Positions 1-9,236 of a stretch of 17,492 nucleotides of DNA are shown one piece after another. Numbering within the stretch: position 1 is the first letter of the stretch; each line of letters opens with the position of its first letter. The notes under the pieces were generated by a model. It did not search any database. It saw only the letters and a program-made list of their open reading frames with translations, and was not told the DNA's origin. Source of the DNA: Sedimentisphaerales bacterium (GTDB lineage Bacteria; Planctomycetota; Phycisphaerae; Sedimentisphaerales; SM23-30); the NCBI GenBank assembly GCA_963663805.2, contig CAXXMR010000032.1, forward strand, positions 1 through 17,492, written 5' to 3'. A program made the translations under genes and the position numbers.

Positions 1-1267
1 GTTGATTCTGGTTAATAAGAACCGGAAAGTCATAGAGTGTCTGCGATATCACGGTATGGTCGATAGTGATTCTCAGCTTTTTGGCAACGGTTTCCTGTAA
101 CCATTCCTCAGCCATTATCGCGAAGTCGGCAATATCGACAATGTCATCTTCGTTCAAATCCGCCCGCAGCACACTCTCAGACGCCACTATTGTCTGCGCC
201 CGGTTAGAATCATAATAACAGTTGACTTCGCCCATACCGTCACAGGCAAGTATCAAACCCTGGCTTACCAAGCCGTTGACCTGACTGACCTGATTACCAG
301 CCAGGAAGAGCTCCCCGCCGCAGACATTGAGGATACCGCTGCCACCGTAATTTACATTGAACCGCACCCCGCTGGAGGAAGTGACCACGATCTGCCCGCC
401 CGCGAGATTCACCCTGCCAGTAGCGGACCTGCCGATAATCAACTCGGAAGTCTGTATCGTCCCGCCGTTCATGTTCAGCGTACCGCATCCGACATTACTG
501 TACCCCACGGTAAGGCCTTCGCCAGCAATCGTGACGGAACCGGCGTACATATTGCAGACACCATACGCACCGTTGGTGCTGAGACGAACCCCATTGCTGA
601 TTTGCATGGTTCCCCCGTCAATATTCATCTCGGCGTCACCATATTGCGAAATCGCGATTCTCTGGGCATAAAGAGACGCGGTGCCGCCGAAATTGAAGGT
701 GCATTTTTTACCGCTTTCGTAGCCGATACCCAGGTATCTGTCCGTACTGGTGGACGAATTAATTCTGATAAGTCCGCCGGTCATGTTGACAGTGCCGCCG
801 CCGTGACCCGCCTGTTCGCCCATGCGGATATAGTTTGACAAGACGATACTGCCGTCAGTGATATTGGCCAGACATGAACCTTCACGAGGCAAAAGCAGGG
901 CGCTGCCGCTCATCACCCCGCCGCTCAGGCTCAAATAGGTTTTAGTGCCCAGACTGTGACCGATCGCGATATACCCGTTGACAGCGTCTCCCGCGGCAGT
1001 CTGCAGTGTACGCAGTTGTCCGCTACTGAGGGTTATCCCCACCAGCCCGGGATTATTACTCGTGAAACCGCAGCGGACCGCGGCGTATTTTCCTGTAATG
1101 GCACCATTGACAACCGGGTCACTGACGGCGGCGTCAATAAGGGCATAATTAAGCTGCCCGGAATCAAAAGCCCCATCCCAGTTATTGATATCCGCCCAGT
1201 CTCCGGCAGCGCCAGCCCCGGTCCAGGTAATCATATTATCCGCATGGGCATAACCGCAGAATAACAT
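1..1267 (-). CDS. Secreted Gly-rich repeat (beta-helix/passenger-like) protein with a dockerin-like motif and the start of a DUF2341-like domain; runs off the left edge
   Basis: Absent from the ORF track because it has no stop in the window. Manual translation is open from ATG 1267 to base 1: MLFCGYAHADNMITWTGAGAAGDWADINNWD...NYIRMGEQAGHGGGTVNMTGG...QYGDAEMNIDGGTM...ADLNEDDIVDIADFAIMAEEWL...LRITIDHTVISQTLYDFPVLINQ. It is a clear paralogue of 1408-3319. The true start is probably ATG 1308, separated by a 1-nt frameshift near 1283-1290. Confidence 0.85.
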   Translation of the reverse strand, partial: MLFCGYAHADNMITWTGAGAAGDWADINNWDGAFDSGQLNYALIDAAVSDPVVNGAITGKYAAVRCGFTSNNPGLVGITLSSGQLRTLQTAAGDAVNGYIAIGHSLGTKTYLSLSGGVMSGSALLLPREGSCLANITDGSIVLSNYIRMGEQAGHGGGTVNMTGGLIRINSSTSTDRYLGIGYESGKKCTFNFGGTASLYAQRIAISQYGDAEMNIDGGTMQISNGVRLSTNGAYGVCNMYAGSVTIAGEGLTVGYSNVGCGTLNMNGGTIQTSELIIGRSATGRVNLAGGQIVVTSSSGVRFNVNYGGSGILNVCGGELFLAGNQVSQVNGLVSQGLILACDGMGEVNCYYDSNRAQTIVASESVLRADLNEDDIVDIADFAIMAEEWLQETVAKKLRITIDHTVISQTLYDFPVLINQNQ

Positions 1268-1343
1268 GAACAGGACCAGAAGTTATAAACTATCCAGCGG
1301 TAAATCATCTATTATCTCATTACAGCAAATACGATACGGGCTC

Positions 1344-1382
1344 AAGAAATGGTCCTCAGACAAACTGCATCTGAGGACCATT
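1344..1382 (-). terminator. Intergenic hairpin (terminator or mRNA-stabilising stem) between the two paralogues
   Basis: Perfect 13-bp inverted repeat AATGGTCCTCAGA (1348-1360) / TCTGAGGACCATT (1370-1382) with a 9-nt loop, 25 nt after the stop at 1408. Only a short U-rich tail on the minus strand. Confidence 0.6.
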
Positions 1383-1407
1383 GAACGACTATTCACTACA
1401 AAGCAAA

Positions 1408-3319
1408 TTAATTACACGCCTCAGCAATATCCCAGCCGCAGTCCATCCAGTTCTGGACCATCAGGGCAAAATCCGCCAGGGTCACATGACAGTCGCCGTT
1501 GAGGTCGCCATCAACAGCGCCAATCTGGCACTGAGGAACCGCGGTGCTGAAACTCCAGACCGGACCGGGGGTCACATTGGCGCCGGTAACAGCGTCTACT
1601 CTCCAGTAATACATCTTGCAGTATTCCAGCGAGTCATAGAAGAAGTCGGTGTCCGCGGAGGACTGGCTGCCGACCTGGACCATCGTGCCTTGAGTTTCGC
1701 CGATATTGATATTCACGGTATCGTAAGAACCAAAGAATGTCCACTCCAGAATCTGAGACTTCAACACACCCGTCCCGCCGTCAACCGGGGCCACCGCGTC
1801 CTGGGCGCCCATCGCATTGGTAGTGAAACTCCAGACCACGCCTTCGGTTTTCGCACTGGTAACGGGGTCGTAGGTGTCAACTCTCCAGTAGTATGTAGTA
1901 GTCGCCGCCAGGGTCACCGGAGCGCTGGTAACCGCCAGACCGTCAACGACCTTGGCTGCCGTCGCCATGGTCTGGTCAGTACCGAACCACACATCACAGA
2001 CAACCGACTGGCCCGCAAAAGGACTGGTCCAGCTTACGGATGTAATCGCGGGATTGACAAGCTGCTCATCCAGACCAGGAATCGGTGCATAGGCAGTGTC
2101 GTCAGCGTAAATCGTATCGCCATCGACAACTACACGACCAGCTTTGTCATGAGCGAAAATCTTGCCATCAGCAATGTATTCCTCAAACGTCTTGCCGGGA
2201 TCGGTCGTCGCAGGGTAAACACCCGGTTCATACTGATGCCATACCAGAGTACCGCCGCAAAGATTCAATTCGCCCACACCGGCCCCCAAACCTCCGGAAC
2301 CATTATCATCGAACACCAGACCCGGTGTATAAGTTTCCAGATAATTGACATTAATAGTACCACCGCTGAGATCGATACGGCCCATCGGCATTTCTTGCGA
2401 TTCTGAGGATGGTGGTATTAATCGTACCGCCCGACATGTTCAACTGGCTAAAACCATCACCCGAATAACCAACATTCAAACCTTCATTGGTCGAAATATG
2501 TTGAATATTGACCGTGCCGCCCTGCATATTGAAAGTACCGTCGCCGCCATTGGTACTCATGCGAAGACCGTTGTACAGATCCATAGTCCCGCTGGTAATG
2601 TTAAGTTCAGCATCGCCGTACTGGGCACAGGCTATTCGGCTGGCATTGAACTCCGCGGTGCCGCTCATGTTGAATGTGGTCAGCCCGCCGGTTTGATAGC
2701 CAATGCCCATATAACGGTCCGAGCTGGCCGGGTCGTAAATAGTGATTGTGCCGCCGGAGAAATTGACTGTTGAGCCGCCATGACCGGCCACCTCACCCAT
2801 ACGGATGTAATTTGTCAAAGTAATATCACCGCCGGTAATGTTCACGGTCGCATGGCCTTGTCTGGGCCACAGAAAAGAACCTGCCTCGACCTGACCACCG
2901 GTCATGGTGAAAGATGCCTCTGTATCGGCAAGATGGGCAATGCCAATGTATCCCTTGGCAGCGTCACCTGCGTAAGTACTATCCCAGGTCCTCATTTTAC
3001 CGCCCGTAATGGTCAGACTTACCGGTGTGTTGTCCGGCTGATTGGCAAGGGCGTCTTCTCCGGGAAATCTCCAGCCATAGAGATTCTTAGTAGTATCCCC
3101 GGCTTCGACTACAAAATCTGTCTGCCCTGCGACCAAGGCCACATTAGCGTAAATCTTATAATCCGCCGAATCGTTAGGGTCAACATCCCAGTTGCCCGGG
3201 TCAACCAACTTGCCATTATCAGCCAGTCCGGTCCAGTATATTTGAACGGTCTCCACGGCAAATGAATTCAATGCCGTCAGGCAAAGAATAGCCATTACTA
3301 ACATCAGATTTCTCTTCAT
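1408..3319 (-). pseudogene. Secreted Gly-rich repeat protein with two YYWRVD...VWSF repeats and a C-terminal dockerin-like motif; split by a +1 frameshift at about 2381-2383 (real lesion or sequencing error)
   Basis: ORFs 2351..3319 and 1408..2391 join into about 636 aa if one G is removed from GATGGGCCGT, giving ARNADGRIDLSGG, which aligns with GRSATGRVNLAGG in the paralogue. Signal peptide MKRNLMLVMAILCLTALNSFA, AAGGAG RBS, C-terminal DGDLNGDCHVTLADFALMVQNW. Confidence 0.85.
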
Positions 3320-3417
3320 AACACATCTCCTTAATTAAGAACCTTACTTCTTAGAACCAGCACCAGCTGTTTCCGTATAACAAATTCACGACTACTATCA
3401 AAAATGTATTACCTCGC

Positions 3418-4308
3418 TTACTTCATGCCACTGTAATATGTCAGCATTTTGCGAAGAGTTTCAGAGCCAAATCTGAGATCATTTAGGCTATGACTAAAGG
3501 GATTGCCGGTTCCGGTTCCACCGTTTTGGCCCGACATAATGTCCATCGTGTTATCATCAAAATCGAGCTTTTCGACATGGGCGTCCGCGAAAGAGATGGT
3601 ACAGGCCTTTTTAGCCTTTGAACCGTGTACTGCCAGCAAAGCGTCAACCCATTTATCCAGAGTGGGGTTCATTACCCACGACCCTCCGGAACTGACATAC
3701 TTACGGTCCTGCTGAGGATAAAGCGGATACTTAGGCCCTTCTTCAACAAATACCAGACGTTCGCCGGTCTTGGAAACCTGAGCGAGTTTGTAACAACGTC
3801 TCAGAGCGTCTTTGCCATCGGAATTATTGCCGCCGGAGCTGTAATAGTCGCCCGCCATCAAATCCGAGATGCTGTACGTACGCCATTGCTCTACATACTG
3901 ACCCTTTTCAAATCTGTTATCGGAGGGACATCTGTAAACTTCGACATCCTCGAGATAGGGCCACAGGACACCCCTTTTAACTCCTGCCTTTGTTACACTT
4001 TCTGCCCAGGGATTCAAGTTCTCTGCCGGACTTGAAGAACTGTAGCGAGGGTCGAGCGGGTCTTTGATAGACTGAAATTGAGTTCCCGCGTATACCATAT
4101 TGTCTCTGTTGTCCTCCGCGTATAGATACCACGCGTAGGTCAATGGTTTCAGGCGAGTGGAGCAGACCACGCTTTTGGCTGATTCGCGTGCCTGACCCAA
4201 CGCCGGCAGAAGGATCGAAACCAACAGGGCGATAATAGCAACCACAACCAGCAACTCCACAAGCGTAAACGCTTTGGCCAATCCCATCATTCTCCGATGT
4301 CTTTCCAT
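3418..4308 (-). CDS. Prepilin-type N-terminal cleavage/methylation domain protein (planctomycete DUF1559-like)
   Basis: [38 protein letters not shown]-terminus, internal YRCPSD, and C-terminal H...ISFADAHVE (variant of the H-X9-DG motif). AAGGAG lies 7 nt upstream of ATG 4308, favouring it over the TTG at 4326. Confidence 0.92.
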   Translation of the reverse strand: MERHRRMMGLAKAFTLVELLVVVAIIALLVSILLPALGQARESAKSVVCSTRLKPLTYAWYLYAEDNRDNMVYAGTQFQSIKDPLDPRYSSSSPAENLNPWAESVTKAGVKRGVLWPYLEDVEVYRCPSDNRFEKGQYVEQWRTYSISDLMAGDYYSSGGNNSDGKDALRRCYKLAQVSKTGERLVFVEEGPKYPLYPQQDRKYVSSGGSWVMNPTLDKWVDALLAVHGSKAKKACTISFADAHVEKLDFDDNTMDIMSGQNGGTGTGNPFSHSLNDLRFGSETLRKMLTYYSGMK

Positions 4309-4419
4309 ATCTTTACTCCTTAGCAATCCGCAAGACTATTACTGAATATTTATTCCATCGCTCAAAAATAAGAATCCGGAAAGCCTGCTCAGGGCCTTCA
4401 CTCACTTCAACTTAACAAC

Positions 4420-4447
4420 ATTGTAACATATCGAAGGCAAAAATCAA
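4420..4447 (-). promoter_or_regulatory. Putative sigma70 promoter for the DUF1559-like cluster
   Basis: Minus strand TTGATT-N16-TACAAT with an extended -10 TGn, preceded by an AT-rich tract, about 110 nt upstream of ATG 4308. Confidence 0.5.
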
Positions 4448-4475
4448 TAGAAAAATATTTTTTATGCATGAATAA

Positions 4476-4697
4476 TTATTTCCAACTGCCGCCGAGTCGC
4501 TCGATACAGAAGATTTCACCGGTGTTGCCTGCGTACTTTGGATTGATAATTCTGTCGAGGCCTTGATGGACGCGTCCTGTGTGATAATACTCGAGGAATT
4601 CTTTTAGAACATATCCTAGCTGCGATTCTGAGGTCAGGATGAGATGGTTGAGAGCTTCTTCTTTTATTGTCCTCACGAAGCGTTCGGCGAAAGAATT
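4476..4697 (-). pseudogene. Integrase-core (rve-type DDE transposase) C-terminal remnant
   Basis: Reads NSFAERFVRTIKEEALNHLILTSESQLGYVLKEFLEYYHTGRVHQGL...CIERLGG, the N-x-x-A-E-R...YH..R.HQGL signature of integrase-core proteins. The N-terminal part is missing. Confidence 0.8.
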
Positions 4698-5024
4698 TGA
4701 ATGCTATGTCAACTGCACCCAATGGGGTCAATAAGGTAGGATATTGTACTGCCACCTAAACCTCTCCCCATTGTCTAACAAAAACATGGGAGTATTTAGG
4801 TGGATCTGTCGCTGCGGACACGGAAGGAGCCCGGAGGGCGGATAACTTCTATACCTGCTTGCTGGACAAGTGTTTACGAGCTCGTCCCGTTCAATATGGT
4901 TTCTGCGGGGCGTAGCGTTTTTCGATTTGGGGAATTGCTGGAGCTGGCTCATCTGGTTGAATACTTTCTCTCGGAGGGGCAATAATGGCAAGGTTTACAT
5001 CGATTCTATATTCGCAAGGCAAAT

Positions 5025-5133
5025 TATGCCGTAAGTGTAAAATTCATTACGCCTTCTGCGGTTTTGGCAAAAAGCTAAAAATTACACTTTTGTAGCACTT
5101 ATAGGCTTATAAGTAACAGTAGCTTACGGCATA
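5025..5133. repeat. Nested inverted repeats upstream of the HTH-LSR operon
   Basis: TATGCCGTAAG (5025-5035) / CTTACGGCATA (5123-5133); AAGTGTAA (5033-5040) / TTACACTT (5082-5089); CTTATA-ggct-TATAAG (5098-5113). Confidence 0.6.
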
Positions 5134-5139
5134 TTCTGC

Positions 5140-5193
5140 TTGACAATTCCCGCATTTGCGACATAATAAGACTAACAGTCAAACAGTCTTATT
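5140..5193 (+). promoter_or_regulatory. Sigma70 promoter with an overlapping palindromic operator
   Basis: TTGACA (5140-5145)-N16-CATAAT (5162-5167). Inverted repeat AATAAGACT (5165-5173)-N11-AGTCTTATT (5185-5193) covers the -10 and start-site region. AGGAG RBS precedes ATG 5209. Confidence 0.6.
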
Positions 5194-5208
5194 CAGGAGA
5201 TCGATATC

Positions 5209-5676
5209 ATGGAAGAACATGGCGATATAAAACTGGAGACGCTGGAACAAAATGGGACGCTGAACAGTCATCCGGAATTTGTCCACGACGAATTGTTTGC
5301 CGAAGAGGAGTTTTTCGATCCTCGAGACCTGATGCAGGTCAAGTACGAGATGCTTCGGCGAGTTCGTCAGGACGGTTTGCCGGTTTCCCAGGCAGCAAGG
5401 CTGTTCGGATTTTCCCGGGTTTCATATTATCAGATTCAGCACGCCTACGACCAACAGGGGCTGGCAGGTCTTATGCCGCGTCCGCGTGGCCCCCGGCATG
5501 CTCACAAGCTAACCGAAGAGGTAATGGCATTTATTCTGGCCTGCAAAAAGCAGGATCGCTCCTTACCGGCCGTCGCTATGGCGATCCGAATAAAGCGGCG
5601 ATTCGGATTAAGCGTCCATTCTCGCAGTATCGAACGAGCCTTGCAGCGTCAGCCAAAAAAAGGGCAACAGATTTAG
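5209..5676 (+). CDS. Helix-turn-helix domain protein of an LSR-associated mobile element
   Basis: 155 aa with RBS. FFDPRDLMQVKYEMLR motif, HTH PVSQAARLFGFSRVSYY, GLAGLMPRPRGPR, and a second HTH-like segment ending VHSRSIERAL. Confidence 0.88.
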   Translation: MEEHGDIKLETLEQNGTLNSHPEFVHDELFAEEEFFDPRDLMQVKYEMLRRVRQDGLPVSQAARLFGFSRVSYYQIQHAYDQQGLAGLMPRPRGPRHAHKLTEEVMAFILACKKQDRSLPAVAMAIRIKRRFGLSVHSRSIERALQRQPKKGQQI

Positions 5677-5723
5677 CCGCGGGCAATGCTTATTTTGCAC
5701 ATTGTATTGATCGTTATGAATAT

Positions 5724-5978
5724 TTGCGCCGATTAATTATTTCAAACCGAGATTATTGTTGTCAGGGCTGGGGGTTGGCGTTATTGCTGCATCGCGGCTT
5801 TTGGGCCTGGAGCTATGCGATTGCGAAAATCGATTATTTTTCTCAGCAATCTTCTGTGCCTGCCATCTCAGATCTGACGAACCAAACGGATTTAGCATTG
5901 CCAGATACAATTCGCCAGCGGATGGTAACAGTTATTTCAGAGATGTTGTTATCAACTTTGCAGGGGGCCATATCATGA
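5724..5978 (+). CDS. Small hypothetical protein between the HTH gene and the LSR; possibly made as a -1 frameshift fusion with the HTH protein
   Basis: The frame is open from before the A7 run at 5655-5661 and reads ...IDRYEYLRR...GWGLALLLHRGFWAW. Its TGA overlaps the LSR ATG (ATGA 5975-5978). The only early start is a TTG without a good RBS. Confidence 0.65.
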   Translation: MRRLIISNRDYCCQGWGLALLLHRGFWAWSYAIAKIDYFSQQSSVPAISDLTNQTDLALPDTIRQRMVTVISEMLLSTLQGAIS

Positions 5979-7078
5979 TCAATGACACTATAACTCAAAA
6001 AATTCGGACGGAACATCTTTCCCGGGATGCATATCTGTATATTCGCTAATCCACGATTCAGCAGGTATTTCACAATACCGAGAGCACCAGAAGACAGTAT
6101 GATCTTCGTCGGCGGGCCACTGCTCTGGGCTGGAATGATGAGAACATAATTGTTATCGATAGCGATCTGGGGCAATCAGGAGCATCAGCCCGGGATCGTG
6201 AAGGGTTCCAGAGGCTGGTCGCGGATGTCGGCATGGGCAAAGCCGGTATTGTCTTGGGATTGGAAGTATCTCGCCTGGCCCGCAACTCCAGCGACTGGCA
6301 TCGCCTGCTTGAGATATGTGCTTTGACAGATACTCTGATCTTAGACGAGGACGGTTTGTACGATCCGGGTAGTTTTAATGATCGCCTGCTGTTGGGCATG
6401 AAAGGCACGATGAGCGAAGCTGAACTACATTTGTTACGCGGGCGTCTTCGCGGAGGAATTCTTAACAAGGCGCGTCGGGGCGAGTTGCAAATGCCATTGC
6501 CGATAGGTTTGAGCTATGATCTTGCGGGCAAAGTAATACTTACGCCTGACAGCCAGGTGCAGGATGCCATGTTTATGTTCTTTAAAACATATAAACGAAC
6601 CGGATCGGCCAGTGCAGTAGTAAAACATTTCCGCGAAAATGATTTGCAGTTCCCGCGACTGGTGAGAGGACAAATCAATAAAGGCAAAATTGTATGGGGC
6701 GCGCTTACCCATACTCGGACTTTGCATACGTTGCATAATCCGCGTTATGCCGGGGTGTTCGTATATGGCCGCAGCAAAATGTATAAAAAAGCCAATGGCA
6801 GAACTGGCATAAAACCGTTACCGATAGATCAATGGCATACTGTCATTCCAGAGGCCCATCCCGGCTATATTACCTGGGAACAATACCTGGAGAACCTTAA
6901 GACCTTGCGAGCCTGTAGCCATGCTTATGGCAAAGATCGACGTAATCATCCTCCAGGGCGAGGTCCGGCTTTGCTACAGGGATTAGTTGTTTGCGGAGTA
7001 TGCGGCCAGAGAATGACACTGCGATATCATAGTCGCAAAGGCATACTGGTAAGGTCTATCGCAGCCTGTCGGCGATAG
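5975..7078 (+). pseudogene. Large serine recombinase, inactivated by a nonsense codon and truncated at the 3' end
   Basis: ATG 5975 reads MINDTITQKIRTEHLSRDAYLYIR*STIQQVFHNTESTRRQY, with in-frame TAA at 6047-6049 just before the catalytic Ser (YIRQS expected). It continues into EVSRLARN, HNPRYAG and CGVCG, and similarity stops at about 7048, inside the zinc ribbon. Confidence 0.9.
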
Positions 7079-7146
7079 CCCGTTTAATTACCGGCAGTAA
7101 CTGGAACGGATACCACTTCTTTAAACTTCCCAGCCCCAGAAAGTAG
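7048..7146 (+). pseudogene. 3' remnant of a DUF2924-family gene
   Basis: Frame from 7048 reads GKVYRSLSAIARLITGSNWNGYHFFKLPSPRK*, matching GKLYRSLSAVAKAVTGSHWNGKLFF of 15049..15531 and lying in the same position directly upstream of an LSR. Confidence 0.88.
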
Positions 7147-7151
7147 AGTGA

Positions 7152-8696
7152 ATGATAAGAGCCACAAAAGAAATAGTTCGCTGTGCAATTTACACCCGCA
7201 AAAGTACCGAAGAGGGATTGGAGCAGGATTTCAACTCTCTGGATGCCCAGCGGGAATCGGCATTGTCATATATCAACAGCCAAAAACACACCGGCTGGAT
7301 AAGTATCGGTGATAGCTACGATGATGGAGGGTTCACCGGCGGCAATACAGATCGCCCTGCCTTCCAGCGTATGATGCAGGATGTTGAAGATGGTTTGATT
7401 GACTGCATTGTAGTTTATAAAATTGATCGGTTGAGCCGCAGTCTGCTGGATTTCGTAAAGATCATGGAAGTCCTCGAAGCAAATAATGTCTCGCTGGTAT
7501 CGGTGACTCAACAGTTTAATACTACTTCATCCATGGGGAGATTGACGTTGAATATTCTCCTGTCGTTCGCCCAGTTTGAACGAGAAATCATCTCGGAGCG
7601 CACCCGTGATAAAATTGCCGCGGCCCGCCGTAAGGGCAAATGGGCTGGCGGCCATCGGGTACTGGGCTATGACCTCAAGGAGAAGATCGGCAGTAAATAT
7701 CTGGCAGTCAATTCCCGAGAGGCCGATCAGGTAAAACAGATATTCGAGATTTATGCCCAAACCGGCTCCATTATGGATACCTTGCGGTCATTGCGGGAGA
7801 AAGGTATTACCACTAAGAAATACCATACGAAGAAGGGTAAAACGCGGGGAGGCGTTGATTTCAACACTAGTACCTTGCGCACCCTGCTGACGAATGTAAC
7901 TTATTTGGGCAAGGTCAAATATAAAGATCAGGTATATGAAGGTGAACATGAAGCGATAATTGATGAGGATACCTTTGGGCTAACGCAGGGACTGCTCAAA
8001 CAGAATCGCACTTCCGGTGCCAGGTATAAGAGCCGGAAAAACCCGGCCTTGCTGAACGGCTTGCTACGCTGCCAGAACTGCGGTTGTGCCATGACGCATC
8101 ATTATTCCAGTAAGCCCAATAAGCGATATCGTTATTATGTCTGTCTGAAGGCTCAGAAACAGGGCTGGAGTACCTGCCCCGGGCCTTCATTGCCAGCGCC
8201 GGAACTGGAACGGTTTGTGGTTGATCAGATCAGGGGTATCGGTCAGGACACTGGAGTATTGCGGGACTGCGTCCAGAGTGCCCTGGCAAAAATGCAGGGC
8301 GAGATTGAATCCCTTAAGAAAGAACGCGGCAAAAAAGAAAGACGCATCCGGCAATTAAGTAAACGGACGGGCAAAGCCGCCGGCCGGGCCAGACAAGATG
8401 AGGCGGCGGCCCAGGAGATGCAATCATATGAACAGCAGATGAAGCAGCATCAGGCCGAGATAGCGAGGATCAATATCCAAATAGCGGCCCTGGAAAAACA
8501 GATGCTCAATTCCGATGAATTGGTGGGATCGATTGAGGCTTTTGATCCGATGTGGAATGCGCTGGGGTCGCAGGAAAAGGCCAAACTCATGAATTTGCTG
8601 GTAAAACAGATTTCCTGGGATAGCGGCCAGGATAAAATTCATATAACGTTTCATCAGGCTAATATCGGAGCCCTCACCCAGGCAGGAGTGAATTAA
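7152..8696 (+). CDS. Large serine recombinase (resolvase + recombinase + zinc ribbon/coiled coil), DUF2924-associated type
   Basis: 514 aa, intact. Catalytic YTRKS, DRLSRS, SFAQFEREIISER, zinc ligands CQNC...YYVC...TC, and a long coiled coil. Confidence 0.95.
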   Translation: MIRATKEIVRCAIYTRKSTEEGLEQDFNSLDAQRESALSYINSQKHTGWISIGDSYDDGGFTGGNTDRPAFQRMMQDVEDGLIDCIVVYKIDRLSRSLLDFVKIMEVLEANNVSLVSVTQQFNTTSSMGRLTLNILLSFAQFEREIISERTRDKIAAARRKGKWAGGHRVLGYDLKEKIGSKYLAVNSREADQVKQIFEIYAQTGSIMDTLRSLREKGITTKKYHTKKGKTRGGVDFNTSTLRTLLTNVTYLGKVKYKDQVYEGEHEAIIDEDTFGLTQGLLKQNRTSGARYKSRKNPALLNGLLRCQNCGCAMTHHYSSKPNKRYRYYVCLKAQKQGWSTCPGPSLPAPELERFVVDQIRGIGQDTGVLRDCVQSALAKMQGEIESLKKERGKKERRIRQLSKRTGKAAGRARQDEAAAQEMQSYEQQMKQHQAEIARINIQIAALEKQMLNSDELVGSIEAFDPMWNALGSQEKAKLMNLLVKQISWDSGQDKIHITFHQANIGALTQAGVN

Positions 8697-9101
8697 ATGG
8701 CAGATATAACCAAGACGTTTGATGTTCATTTCCCCACCGGCCAGCGCGGGCGTAAACGAATAAAACGCGGCCCAGCCCCCGTTGTGGATACGCCCAGTGG
8801 CCGCGTGCCGCGACTTTCACGCTTGATGGCCCTGGCCTACCATTTCGAGAGTTTGCTCGAACAGGGCGGAGTTTATAGCCAGGCGGACCTGGCCCAACTG
8901 GGGCATGTCAGTCGGGCTCGAGTGACACAGATTATGAACATGCTGCACCTGGCACCCGACATCCAGGAAGAAATTCTGTTCCTGCCACCTATCACTCAGG
9001 GGCGGGAGCCGATACCGGAAACTAAGATTCGGCCCATTGTCCGGGAAGTTTGTTGGGAGAGGCAGCGGGAGATGTGGGGGGGATTGCTGCCAAGAATATA
9101 A
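8697..9101 (+). CDS. Small recombinase-associated protein with an HTH-like segment
   Basis: 134 aa; ATG abuts the LSR stop. Paralogue of 13098..13508 (RVPRxSxLMALA, RARxTQIMN, LAPDIQEEILFLP, WxRQREMW). Confidence 0.85.
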   Translation: MADITKTFDVHFPTGQRGRKRIKRGPAPVVDTPSGRVPRLSRLMALAYHFESLLEQGGVYSQADLAQLGHVSRARVTQIMNMLHLAPDIQEEILFLPPITQGREPIPETKIRPIVREVCWERQREMWGGLLPRI

Positions 9102-9236
9102 AAGCATTGGCGCCTTCCAATATAACAATCCCACCTTCTTCTTGCCAGAAACCATCATATCGGGCCAAAGCAAAGATAAGCCGCCATTCCGTATTAGGGC
9201 GAGCGACAACAACTCGCTGCATATCCTCTAGGTGAT

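Noticed and set aside
357..4035. Plus-strand ORFs such as 357..671, 1381..2406, 2345..2773, 2780..3265 and 3625..4035
   Set aside because: Antisense shadows of well-supported minus-strand genes, with no recognisable motifs.
4728..4991. Short ORFs 4728..4991 (-) and 4800..4985 (+)
   Set aside because: No RBS or recognisable motif in the frames I translated; probably decayed sequence between mobile remnants.
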